From the NCBI GenBank assembly GCA_904063045.1, contig CAJFCJ010000020.1:612916-676915 (forward strand): DNA of 64,000 bases, written 5' to 3'. The stretch's first letter is position 1; every line of letters begins with the position of its first letter. The notes under the pieces are model-generated. The model was not told the DNA's origin. It worked only from the letters and a program-made list of their open reading frames with translations, and searched no databases. The DNA comes from Dimorphilus gyrociliatus (lineage: Eukaryota > Animalia > Annelida). Positions 52,956 to 64,000 of the stretch are shown here, one piece after another. The translations under genes and the position numbers were made by a program.

Positions 52956-53839
52956 TATAATGAAAATACGCAGAGATAATAATTACTTCTTATTTACAAT
53001 TTAAAGAGAAGGTGATTTTGATGCTGGTGATAACGAAGAAAATTTAACCAGTTATTTCTATAAATGTTACTTTGGCCTTTTTTTTTAAATAAATATTATA
53101 TTTAAAGTGATTCGACAACAACGATATCTAATCGTTTAATTTGTAGGTTTACATCATTTTGTACAATTTGCTTGAGGCCGCTCATATAAATTCAACACCA
53201 ACGTATTTTCAACAATTAGGTGAAAGAAGACTGGGAATGCATTAACGAAACAAGTTGGGCAATCCGATATTCAGAAAAGGCATATCTGATCGTTTCGAAG
53301 GATCGGCTATAAAGTCAAATATATACAAAGTCTGAGTAATGGGAGTGGCGTATTTTCTTGTGTAATACAACCGAACTATTACATTTCGAATGAAAAATTA
53401 ATAATGATATAAAGAAGCGGGCGGTCCCCTCATTGCTCAATCCCATAGCTTAATGTTATTGGCAAAATAATAGTACATAGGCCTATAAGACTACGTAGAT
53501 AAATAATATAGTTTTAGAAGACCGTGCATAAAAAAATGGCGTACACGCTTTGTGACGTAAGAGCCATTTTTGAAAAGATTAAAGAAACCGATCATACGCC
53601 AGGTGTCGCTCCGTCGAATCAGCTACGAGAGAAGGGTGAAGGTCAAATTTGACAACGTGGTCTCCACTTTGAAGAAGATAGGCAGCCTGCCAAGCCATCT
53701 GTTGCTTTCAGTAGCGCCTTTTATCGAAGAAGCTTAGGGAGACTCTGAAAGGAATACCGTGTTCGAATAATTACTTTAGATCGATTCGAGATCGAACGAT
53801 CAATTGTCAAATTTCCGCTGACTTCAGAAGAAAGACGTA

Positions 53840-55745
53840 ATGCGAAGAAGAGCGGGAAAAATGGAATTCGAGCCTGATCAAGAAATGAAGAACGCCGCCG
53901 AATGTTTATTAGGACTGGCGAATTCTAGGCCGGCTAGGCCTAGTAGTTTACCAATAACAAACTGTTATCCGCCTACTGCTTCCGATTCGGATCAAGCTGT
54001 TTTCCAGATTGCCCGAATACTTACTGATCTCACAAAGTATAAACAAGAAGAACCAAAAGAGAAAAAATTAAGAGAAAGAAAACGAAAATCTTCAAGTTCA
54101 AATGCACGAAGAAAGAACGCAAAAAAGACACATGCTTGCCCGTATCAGTTTTGTGGAAAAGTGTACGGAAAGAGTTCGCACTTGAAAGCTCACCAACGAA
54201 CGCATACAGGTAACGCCCATCTTTTCTACTAGTATCTTGACCTATTCTAGTAAGGACACACAGACGTTTACAATAATCTACCGAGGTCACAGGCAAAATA
54301 GATATAATTAGAAATCTCGTTTGTTTCTATAGAAACTAATGTAGTAAAGATCTGTTCGATATATTGACGTAAAAATAAGTATTTAACTAAGGGGCCCAAC
54401 TTTTTGTGTTAAATAGTAAAACACACAAGCTTATTTATTAAAATACAAGTATATGTAGTAAAGCATTTATAGATAATTTCCTATCGACATAAACACGTTG
54501 AGAATCGTACAAAATCAGTCAGTACGTGGCTAAGAGCTTAGAAAACGAAACAGTTCCTTGGTACATCTTAGAGAAAACGTATATTACTGATATTTTTTTA
54601 CATATATTATAGCGTATGCGTATTATTAACAATTGATTAAGATCCATTATAATGGAATGATTAAGAGGCCTATGAATCGATAACTGCTTCTCTAACGAAC
54701 AGATAGAACGTGTATAGCTCTAATATTTGTTATTAATTAGACAAGAACACTTCTTACGATTGTTCTGTTGGAATCAAATGAAACCCAAAAGATTTTTTTT
54801 TATGTAAAAGCTTACAAGCGAACTAGCAACCGACGAAGCTAGTGAGCAGGCAGGCAGGCAAGCAGGCAGGCGGGCGAGCAGGCAAAGCTGTTAAAAAATA
54901 CCATCGGTCTTAGACGCTTGCATAAATTTTGACTGAAAACCGTCACACCTACTTTTTTTTTGAAAAAAACGAAAAAAGCACCTGCTGCCGAATATTGTCC
55001 TCTTTTGCACCTGTCACACCTGTCGCGTGCCGGGACAAGCCCCCGTCTTCTTTGTTGGCGCGAAATTGTAGATAATTTTCTAAAATTGAATTATAAATGA
55101 CGAACGGTTAAAAATAAATAAGCGGCTCTTGCCAAAGCAAATAGAAGTGTAGTGAGAAGAGGCTGTTAGTGATTATCTTTGACTTGACGCCCTCCGGGAA
55201 CTTCTCTTATAACGAGCAGATCTGGTATTTAACTCCTTCGATGAGTTTGATCGATATTTGAACAATACTATATGCCACTCTCTTATCACGTGATAATAAT
55301 TCAACTTATGTGTTAAATTATAGACAAAGATTTCCCATTTTAACCGGTTGTTGGCTTATCCCATATCTTGATCCCTGTCGAAATCCTTACAAATACATGT
55401 AAATAAAACCATTTAAATGTAAAATTTTCCCTAACAGGTGAGAGACCGTTTGAATGCAGTTGGCCAGAGTGCGTAAAGAAGTTTGCTCGTTCTGACGAGT
55501 TAGCAAGACATTACCGAACGCATACGGGAGAAAAGCGGTTCCAATGTCCTCTGTGTGAGAAAAAATTTATGAGGTCGGATCATTTGAAAAAACACGCCAG
55601 CCGGCATCCGGACTTTGATCCAGATATGTTAAAGAATGGTTTACATATCATTAACGATACGTTGAACAGTGACGGAATGTCTTCCACAACCTCTTCCATA
55701 CCGTCACCAACGCCATCTGATGGTAACTCGGTCAAGAATATGTGA
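53840..55745 (+). CDS. KLF9: Kruppel-like factor, KLF9/13/14/16 (BTEB) group
   Basis: Sin3-interaction motif AAECLLGLA. Three fingers [27 protein letters not shown]|[61 protein letters not shown]. Intron 54210-55437. The start could be at 53861. Confidence 0.9.
54846..54884 (+). repeat. Imperfect (GCAG)n tetranucleotide repeat
   Basis: gcaggcaggcaggcaagcaggcaggcgggcgagcaggca in the KLF intron. Confidence 0.75.
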
Positions 55746-56638
55746 CTTGGTCGTCTTCTGTCATTTTCAAGTGTTCAGAACTTCCCCTCCGCGTTTTCTT
55801 TACGTCTGCAACTTTTCGTAAATCATGCTCTAGTCTTTATTTTGTGCTTAAACGGCCGTTGTGTGCTGTAATAATACAGTTTTCTGTTTAATATAAACTT
55901 AACCTGCGTTTGAATTGACTTTTATAAATATAAAAAGCGTTAAACTTTCGTTACGTAAATCAACTCAAAATCTAACTGATGGAGACCACACGTTGGGTTC
56001 GCTCTAATTAAACTCTTTTCGGCAAAATTAAACAAAGATTTCTTACTCAAGTACGTGCTTTGATAATTTGGGGTTATTCAAATCTCTTTTACTTTACTCG
56101 GCGGAACACTCAAATAGTTACTCTAACAGACTCCTATCTGACCTATTTCAGAACCCTGCTGAGAACCAAATAACGTACATTGCTTTAATAATCACAGTAG
56201 GCAGTCACTGTTATAAGCTTTGTCAATTGAATTTTAACTTTCAGGTATATTTACTAAAGACGTGATAATAATAGGAGATTCGATTTCTTTTAATAATCGA
56301 AATTTTTTTAATAAATATTAGTCTCCAATTTAGACCTAATTATTAAGTTTTATAGTTTTATTGGAAATGATATTTACTCAATAACTTCTGAATACAATTG
56401 TCCTATACAATTTACTATTGCTACATTGAATAGGAAATTTGTAAATAACATTTTGTAGGCTTTTTTAGGGAAATATCCCGTAGATGGAGCCAGGCTCTGG
56501 CAAATGTTCTAACCAATGAAATTCTTACTATCCATACACAAGCATTATTATTGGTTGCTGAACAATTATGCAATAGAACAGGAAGCTCTGTTAAGCGTGT
56601 TCTACTTCCGGCGGCATTGAGCGAAAATAACCGAAGTT

Positions 56639-57648
56639 ATGGATGAGGAGCAAGAAACTTATAATTTATGGCGGATCAGAAAGACTGTAATGCAGGTATA
56701 AAGTTTAATAGATAACACTCTTATTTTATTTTTACAATACGACAAATTTAACTGAATTTTTAATAGCTTTGCCATGATCGAGGCTATCTCGTCACTCAAG
56801 ATGAATTGGATATGACGTTTGACGACTTTAAGGGTACATTTTGCAATAACGCAAAGTAAAGTGCAATATTTTCTGATTTACTTATCTCTAATTTTCTCTA
56901 TTCGTTATTTTCAGTCAGAGGAGGCCGAACCGAAGCGACTTAATCATTCTGGTCGCTCACAATGATGATCCAACAGATCAATTATTCGTGTTCTTTCCTG
57001 AAGAACCTAAAGTTGGAATAAAAACCATCAAAACCTACTGTCAAAGAATGCAACAGGAGAATATTTCTAGAGCAATTATAATAGTTCAGTTAGGCATGAC
57101 CCCCTCTGCTAAGCAAGTTGGTTTTGCTTCTCTTATAATATCTTTGATATTTTACTAAATGGATACTTTTATCACTTTATTTCAGTCTTTAGTTGATCTC
57201 GCACCAAAGTACATTATGGAGCAATTTATGGAAACTGAGCTTTTAGTGAATATAACAGAGCATCAAGTTAGATTTCTTTAATCGCTTTTTTAAGATATCC
57301 ATCTTAAAAATTTCTTTCATCTTTTTCAGTTGGTTCCCGAGCACGTGTTGATGACTCCAGATGAAAAAAAAGAATTGTTGGATAGATAGTAAGCTTCTAC
57401 GCTCCAATTATGATTGATTATTAAAACTTTCTTTGCTTATTTTAGTAAATTGAAAGAGTCTCAGTTACCCAGAATTCAGCAGGGAGATCCTGTTGCGAGA
57501 TATTTTGGTTTAAAACGAGGACAGGTCAGTGCAACTTAGAGTTCTTTTATAAAATACTTAATCAATCCTTCTAATTTTTTAGGTTGTTAAAATTATTCGT
57601 CCGTCAGAAACGGCAGGAAGATATATTACATATAGACTTGTTGTTTAA
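56639..57648 (+). CDS. POLR2E: RNA polymerases I/II/III shared subunit RPB5
   Basis: [19 protein letters not shown]|LCHDRGYLV..., [99 protein letters not shown]. Confidence 0.98.
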
Positions 57649-58629
57649 GTTCATTTACCTTTTATTACGTTTAAATATATGTGAACATATGGCTAAAAAG
57701 TAAGAAATATATCTATGTTTATATAGAATTTAAAGTCGATCTATAAAACAATCATGAGATTTGATCTTTTTGTTCAATACAAAGATCGAGTTATCAAAAT
57801 GGCTTTTGTCAAAAGAAACATAATAATTATACTTAATGTTTCTTATTGTTGGAACTATTCTTTATTACTAAAACAGTTATTATTTTTAAATACAAGTAAA
57901 TTTTTGAATAGATAAGAAAGACGTTAAGAGATCCTGTATGGTAGGCTAAGAAGAGAGTCTTGTTTCATGATCAGAAATATTAGAGCGATAAATGATAACA
58001 GCTCTTTCGCACTCATTATGGGATGAACTTTATCAAACTAGCCGTAAGCAAAGAAAAAAGCTGCCGACTAAAAAAAAGTAGACTAGACAGCTATGAGATA
58101 AACCAGAGCTATTTTAGTTAACCGCTGACATACGCATTTCTTTGCCCTTCTCTTTGATTTAAGGAAAACGCTACAATCGACAAGCATATGATGGGATAAT
58201 TTATTTAAGCATTGTCCAAAGTTTTTGTTCTATTTACATTTTAAACACTTCAATTCAAGAGATGCGTTTAAAATGTTAAATTTTAATTTCACCATCAATT
58301 AATCACAGCAGACGAAATTTCCACAGCAAAAATCCTGTACAATTCATTTTGGCACTTGTGGTTTCGAGAACATTAAGGAAAACAGTGAGAAAATAGAAAA
58401 AGAAAATAAATACTAATTATCATAGAGGAGAAAAGAAAAGAATAGTAAAATAATCAACATAACTGAGACTCTGTTCCTCCGATAAGGATAAACTACACAC
58501 GAATAAGGGTCAATATGGGTATCAATTCAATCAAACTAGTTTGCAGGATCTTCTGATGCCTCCTCCAAAATTCAAATGAACTAATTGCATTCGTTATTTG
58601 AAAGGTTAGGTTCTGGCAAAAAAAATTCA

Positions 58630-61268
58630 CTAGAAATCGGAAGCTCCAGCGAATTGAGGTTTTGCAGGAGACTGATTGACATTACGCTGATTATAAGCTT
58701 GTGGAGCCCTACGATTTTCAGATTCTTGAATCAACCTATATGTCTCAGAATCTTGCATATTAAAATTTTTAGAACCGGGGCCGCCCGTTACTCTGTAATT
58801 TGGAATTCAGGTTAGGGAAAATATTTTTGCAATAAAAAGAATCATACTGTAGAGTTCCTTGTCCAGGTCTTCCAGTAGTTTGGCTTACCAATGCTTCTTT
58901 AGCATTCTCTCTCGAGTAAAGAGCTAAAGGAGAGTTATACTGCAAGTGTTTGACTTGAGCAGTGTCAGAATTCTGATCAGCAACTTGCTGATATTGTGGT
59001 CCATCAAATCCATGATGGATATTTTGAACGCGAGGTTGATGAACTGCCTGCACATCCGGATTTGGCGAAACAGATTTGAAATTAACCCTTTGGGCGGGCG
59101 GTTGCTGTCCAGAAATTTCATTAGATCTATTAACTTCCCATGGTTTCAAAGTTCCTGATAAAATTATTCATAGAAATAAACATCTGGTATCTAATCAAAA
59201 GATTAAATTGTGTAACTCACCAGAATTTTTAAGGGTACCCATCCAAGCAGGAGGTGCACTGCTTTGTTGCTCGAAACGGTTCACTTCCATAGGCGCCCTG
59301 TTTACAGGTATAGGAGCGTTGGTGTTAGGCGCTCTAATCGGGGCCCAAGATTGTTGTGGTTTAGGTCTAGAAGAATTGGGGGTCCATCCTGGTTCCTTTA
59401 AACCTGAAGGAATTGAGGCCCAATGTGACGGATCTGGTTTTCGCCAGGTTCGGGTTGTGTATTGGCCAGGAGGGACACTGGATGCTCGAAAATTCCGGTC
59501 TGTCGGAGGGGTTCGGGATGGTTAGTGACTTTAATGGATTAATAATATAAATTTGTATCCTATTCCTTACTTATACTTGTCGTGAATTAATACGTCTTCT
59601 TCTAAAATAAAACTAAGTTAATTTCAGTTAGTGTCAGTAAATTTATATTCGTCTAAAAAAAGAGCACCAATAGAAAAACTCTCACACTCCCGAAAGTTTT
59701 ACTGTATAAACACAATGGTATGCAATATACAGTAGAACAGAATTCCTCGTTTAATTAAAAACTAATTAAGTAAGAGTATCGAATCTATTATTAAAATATG
59801 ATACATTACAAGTGTGGATTTTTGGTTTACCAGTTAAAAGCATGCCTAAACGGAAAAAGTAGATAAATTATAAATAGATATTTTTTATGAATCATAATTT
59901 GAAAGAAGAAAAAGATATTAAAGGTTGAATTAAAGGAGAGTGAGGAGAAAAACTGGACCTACAAAATGAACTTACCTCTATTCTGCGAAAAGTCCATATT
60001 ATTTCTTACTGGAGCGTTGGTGAACATTCTTTTTATTTCCGAAACTGGTTTATGATTGTAATCTTCATCACCTTGTTGCGCTATCTCACCAATGTAGTTA
60101 GCTGAAAAAAGAGCGTTATCCAAGCTTCTTTTAACCTGTGTCAACATACTATCCGGCTTTCTTGGCTGAGAATAGTCTACTCCAAAAGATGGTGCCGAAT
60201 TTGTTGGTGTCTTCTGCGGTGGGCAGAAAGGTTGCGGTCTGTAGAGCTATATATATACGAGATTATTTCCCTAAATCAAGTGTTTTTTTAATTTTTGAAA
60301 TATGTTATTGTTTATAATACTGTCGCATTTCTCTTAAGATAAGTCCTTGTCAAATTACCTGTGCTGGCTGAACTGGTTGAGTATAACCGGTAAAGGGCTG
60401 CATAGTTGGTGCTGCGTTGTACTGAGATCCGCTGTAAAGTAAAAAAATTATAGAAATATACGTCTGTAAACCAGTCGAATTCGAGGAAAGTTTATGTATA
60501 AAATCATCACGTGACAGACTATCTAGAATAAGAATTGTGAGGGAGGAAAACATTTTATACAACCAGCAATATTTTCTAACAGTTTCCTTTCTATTAATAG
60601 AAAACCCTTGTTTTTTCTTTTAAATCAAGGTATGATGCTTATCTACGATATCCTTTTTGTCCTTGAGTAACAATATCTTGTTAGACGTCGTATTATTTTA
60701 AACTTGCGAAACGTGAGATTATTGACCTAGTCGGACAGCAGTATACACTTTTAGGCGTTCGTACTGCACCATTCTCTCTTATTTTTCTCTCTCTCTTTTT
60801 CGTTTTTTGGCGGTTATAAAAAAATATTGAGTTTGCTAGGACTATAGTGTTTCTACACACAATTTTACAAATATTTTAAACATGTTTGTATACTAATGCA
60901 TATATACATACCCTCTTTTTATTCTTAAACTGCAACTTCCTCCGCAACCTTTAATTACGTCCTGGGCTTGTTTATGGGTCATATGGGATGCATCATAGTT
61001 TTCTATAGCATTGATAATGTCCCCTCTATGAAGTTCTCCTTCTGCAGGACTACCAACAAAAACCTGTTGAATAGACACCTTAGTGAGTCAATGACCTTCG
61101 GAATTCTTGACTAAAGAGCTCGAAAATAATGGAAAGATTATGAAAAAATGTCTTCACCCTCTGTATTGTTAAGGGTGTCTTAAAATCCTTTCCACCCTGT
61201 AACCGAAAACCCCAGGGCGTCGAAAAAGAATCTCTGTAGAGACGGACTTGGAATTCCGAAGACGCCAT
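58630..61268 (-). CDS. PDZ + Zasp-motif protein without LIM domains (Zasp66/PDLIM-like)
   Basis: PWGFRLQGGKDFKTPLTIQR|VFVGSPAEGELHRGD...MTHKQAQDVIK, ZM motif VKHLQYNSPLALYSRENAKEAL and SETYRLIQE. Stop TAG at 58632-58630. No LIM Cys/His pattern was found. Confidence 0.85.
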
Positions 61269-62432
61269 AGTAGTTACTTTTTGCTGGAACTGAGGGTTGT
61301 TTGCAGCTCACGGCCGCATAGTTGTCTAAAAGCGAGGCTTCTCTTTCCTGACGGGTATTTTTGGTTTATCTAATACTTTCTTTTTTATTTACACTACTCC
61401 ATCTAGCGGTCTATATTATATTTGAAATTCGCTAGTGAGCTATTTAAAATCTAAACAGTTTCACTAAAAAATGATTTCATTCCAGTCATATTTTTAAATA
61501 TTAATTTACCTTATACTGTATTTTTAGAAAGGTAAAAGAAAAAGCAGCAAAATGAAACATAACCTGCAGAGAGATTGCCTTTTTAAATATTTTTATAAAA
61601 GATCCGGTAATCATGTAATTTTCCTTTTAATTCATTTAATTTTTTTTTATACTATCGATCTTTTTTTTGTAATTTTGAACTGATCGAAATATTTCGCTTA
61701 AACGTTTCAATATGATATATTTTTCCAAGTTTACACTTTAGAACATAAACGCTACATAATTCATAAATAAATATTTATAGAGAAGAGAAAGAGATAGATA
61801 GAGATGGAGAGAGAGTGGAGGGGAGAAAGATTTAGAAAGGAGGGAAGATATTCAGAAATAAGCTGGAAAAACACTAACGACACCTACTAATATCAAATTT
61901 TCAGAAAGAAACTTTTTAGATGACTTTTCATATTTTGTAAGATAGTTTCCCTCCCCTTCTTTCATTTTTTCTTCGATACCTCTAGTATATAAAAATCATA
62001 GGTATTTAACTCGGTCAACTGCTTTACAACAACACTCGGCGAGATTATCAACATATCTCTGCGTAACATATTGCTGCAGCGTCAGGGTATATAACAGCAG
62101 AAGAAAATTCTTCAGATGCTTGTTACCCTGGTTAGGTTAGGCCATGTTCAGGTTTTATTAGAATTGAGCTGAGGTAGGAAAACGACATGGACTTATAACT
62201 AAAGTCTACGAGAGACTAAAAACTGATATCCTTTCGTGGCCTTTAGCTTTCGTATGCAAAAAAAAGTGGGAGAGGGCAGGGGGAGGTGCGGTAAAATTTT
62301 ATGTTCTTTTTCAGCCTACCTAGCGGAACGCTATACCCTCTACAATACACGCAGGCAGCGAAGTAGGCATTTACCAGTCTGCAATGCAACGGCTAAAAAT
62401 ACGTCGGTCGAGAAAATTTTGCTGAGTTTAGC

Positions 62433-64000
62433 ATGAGTGAAACAATCTGCCTGCGACGGCCTTCTTCCGACGTTCCTTGGGGTTTCCGGCTTAAAGGAGG
62501 AAGAGATTACCAATGTCCAATAATAGTTCAAAGGGTAAGTGATTGATTATTGAGTATAAATGGTAAATAAACAATTTTTTCGTTAAGTTTGTTTATTCGT
62601 TTGTTTTCTTAATTAAAAATCGACTGTTTTCGTTCTACAACTTAATAATAGGTAACCGTGGGTAGTATAGCTGGGACGGGACTATCGGTTGGTGATATTA
62701 TTACAAAAATTGGCAGCTATGACACGGCTAATTTAAATCTGAATGAAACGCAAGAGTTGATAAAATGCTCTGGAAATTTACTGCAGTTAAACGTTATCAG
62801 GTTGTATTCTATTTTTAATCAACGTATGTAAATTATACTCTTTTTTATGCCTATACTTTAAAAAAAGCAGAACGGGACAATCTGGCCAACAATATCACCC
62901 ACAACAACAATACTACCAGCAGCAGCCGCAGCAGCAATATCAACCATACGAACAGCAAAACTTTCAACAAGCCTACTATTCTCCCCAAGAGCAAGTGGAT
63001 CCTTATCAAAACTCTTACTATTCTTCGCAATATAATCAATCTAGTGACTGCTACGGCGGTCAGAACTATACTGGAGGTTACAGTTCACCTACTCCTCAAA
63101 ATCAACGCTACGAGCAACCAGCTTACAACCGATATCCGTCGTATCAGTCAAGTGGAACTTTTTCTCCTAGTAGCGAAATATCTAACCAGCAAGGAATGAG
63201 CCAGACAAGCGATAGAACTTACTCGCCAATTAGAAGTGTACAAGCGCCCATATCACCGGTGACAGAAAATCCTCCCAGTCATTACAATCAGTATGGAGCA
63301 CCTATTCAACAAAATAGAACCTTTTCTCCAGTGAGCTCGATTCAATCTCCACCTTCTACACCTAATCAACTTAACTACGGTACAAATCAAATGCAAGCTC
63401 CCTTTGGGGGATCTCCCCGTTATCTTCGTCAGACATCGTCTGACTTCAACGCTAAGCCGAAGCCGTTTGGATTTAATCAGGCTGCAGTGTCATCGTCAAC
63501 AAGCGAATTATCTGATAATTCAGAGGTTCGGCATTGCTTCTCGCCACCTCTTTCTGCCCCCTATGTACCAAATACGTCTGTATCTGTCCCACCTCCAGCA
63601 GTTTTATCAACTAATCCTCCTCCCGCTCCTCCTCCCGCTCCTCCTCCAGTTCCTCCTCCTCTACATTCTATTCCTCAGGTAAACCTATTATAGACGATAA
63701 AAAAAGACTTTGTTTCAGGAGGATTGTCAATATAGTTGTTAATCTCTTTTTTGTGTTTCAGGCGCCTGCTATAACTAATACCAGACTTGAACAGCAATTG
63801 GAAAACATACAAAAATTCGGTTCTCTTCCTAAACCTGTAATGACGAATATGACTGAGCTGGAAAAACCAAAAGATAAACCTAAGAGTCCCATCTCGGACA
63901 ATAGAGTTCAACACAAAATACCTGATGCAATTTTAAATATGGCTGCAAGTAAAGGATCTGACAAGAAACCATGGTCATATGCTCCTGATTTGGATGTCAT
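62433..64000 (+). CDS. Second PDZ (Zasp/PDLIM-type) protein with a Gln/Tyr/Pro-rich region (partial; runs off the right edge)
   Basis: MSETICLRRPSSDVPWGFRLKGGRDYQCPIIVQR|VTVGSIAGTGLSVGDIITKIG...LQLNVIR|TGQSGQQY..., joining the 62995-63693 ORF, then APAIT...KKPWSYAPDL. Confidence 0.85.

Overview
AT-rich, gene-dense window of an animal genome: about 21 protein-coding genes in 64 kb, most introns 50-80 nt with GT..AG ends, and divergent gene pairs only 350-1200 bp apart. This fits a compact lophotrochozoan genome such as a miniature annelid (organism is an inference). I rebuilt exon chains by hand, and most short ORFs in the supplied track are exon fragments or antisense shadows. Genes in order: NWD1/2-like (partial), orphan single-pass membrane protein, hyccin/FAM126, tetraspanin, transposase-derived HTH protein, PR/SET + PLAG-type zinc-finger protein, GT15 (Kre2/Ktr-like) mannosyltransferase, MGAT1, NTHL1, orphan coiled-coil ORF, REEP5, divergent nuclear receptor, probable ciliary protein, PGAM, CDR2-like, coiled-coil + death-domain protein, MPRIP/outspread, cytochrome P450, KLF9-like, POLR2E, and two head-to-head PDZ (Zasp/PDLIM-like) genes. 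Best leads: (1) an intronless fungal-type GT15 mannosyltransferase tail-to-tail with MGAT1; (2) a tandem-duplicated, frame-enforced mutually exclusive exon pair in REEP5; (3) an apparently domesticated pogo/CENP-B-type DNA-binding module without a DDE domain; (4) a PR/SET domain fused to PLAG zinc fingers; (5) a 3.4-kb MPRIP exon with a candidate internal acceptor; (6) a GC-rich intronic island with weak SRP-RNA-like motifs. No tRNA, rRNA, CRISPR array or intact transposon was recognised. No database searches were run; family calls rest on motif recognition.
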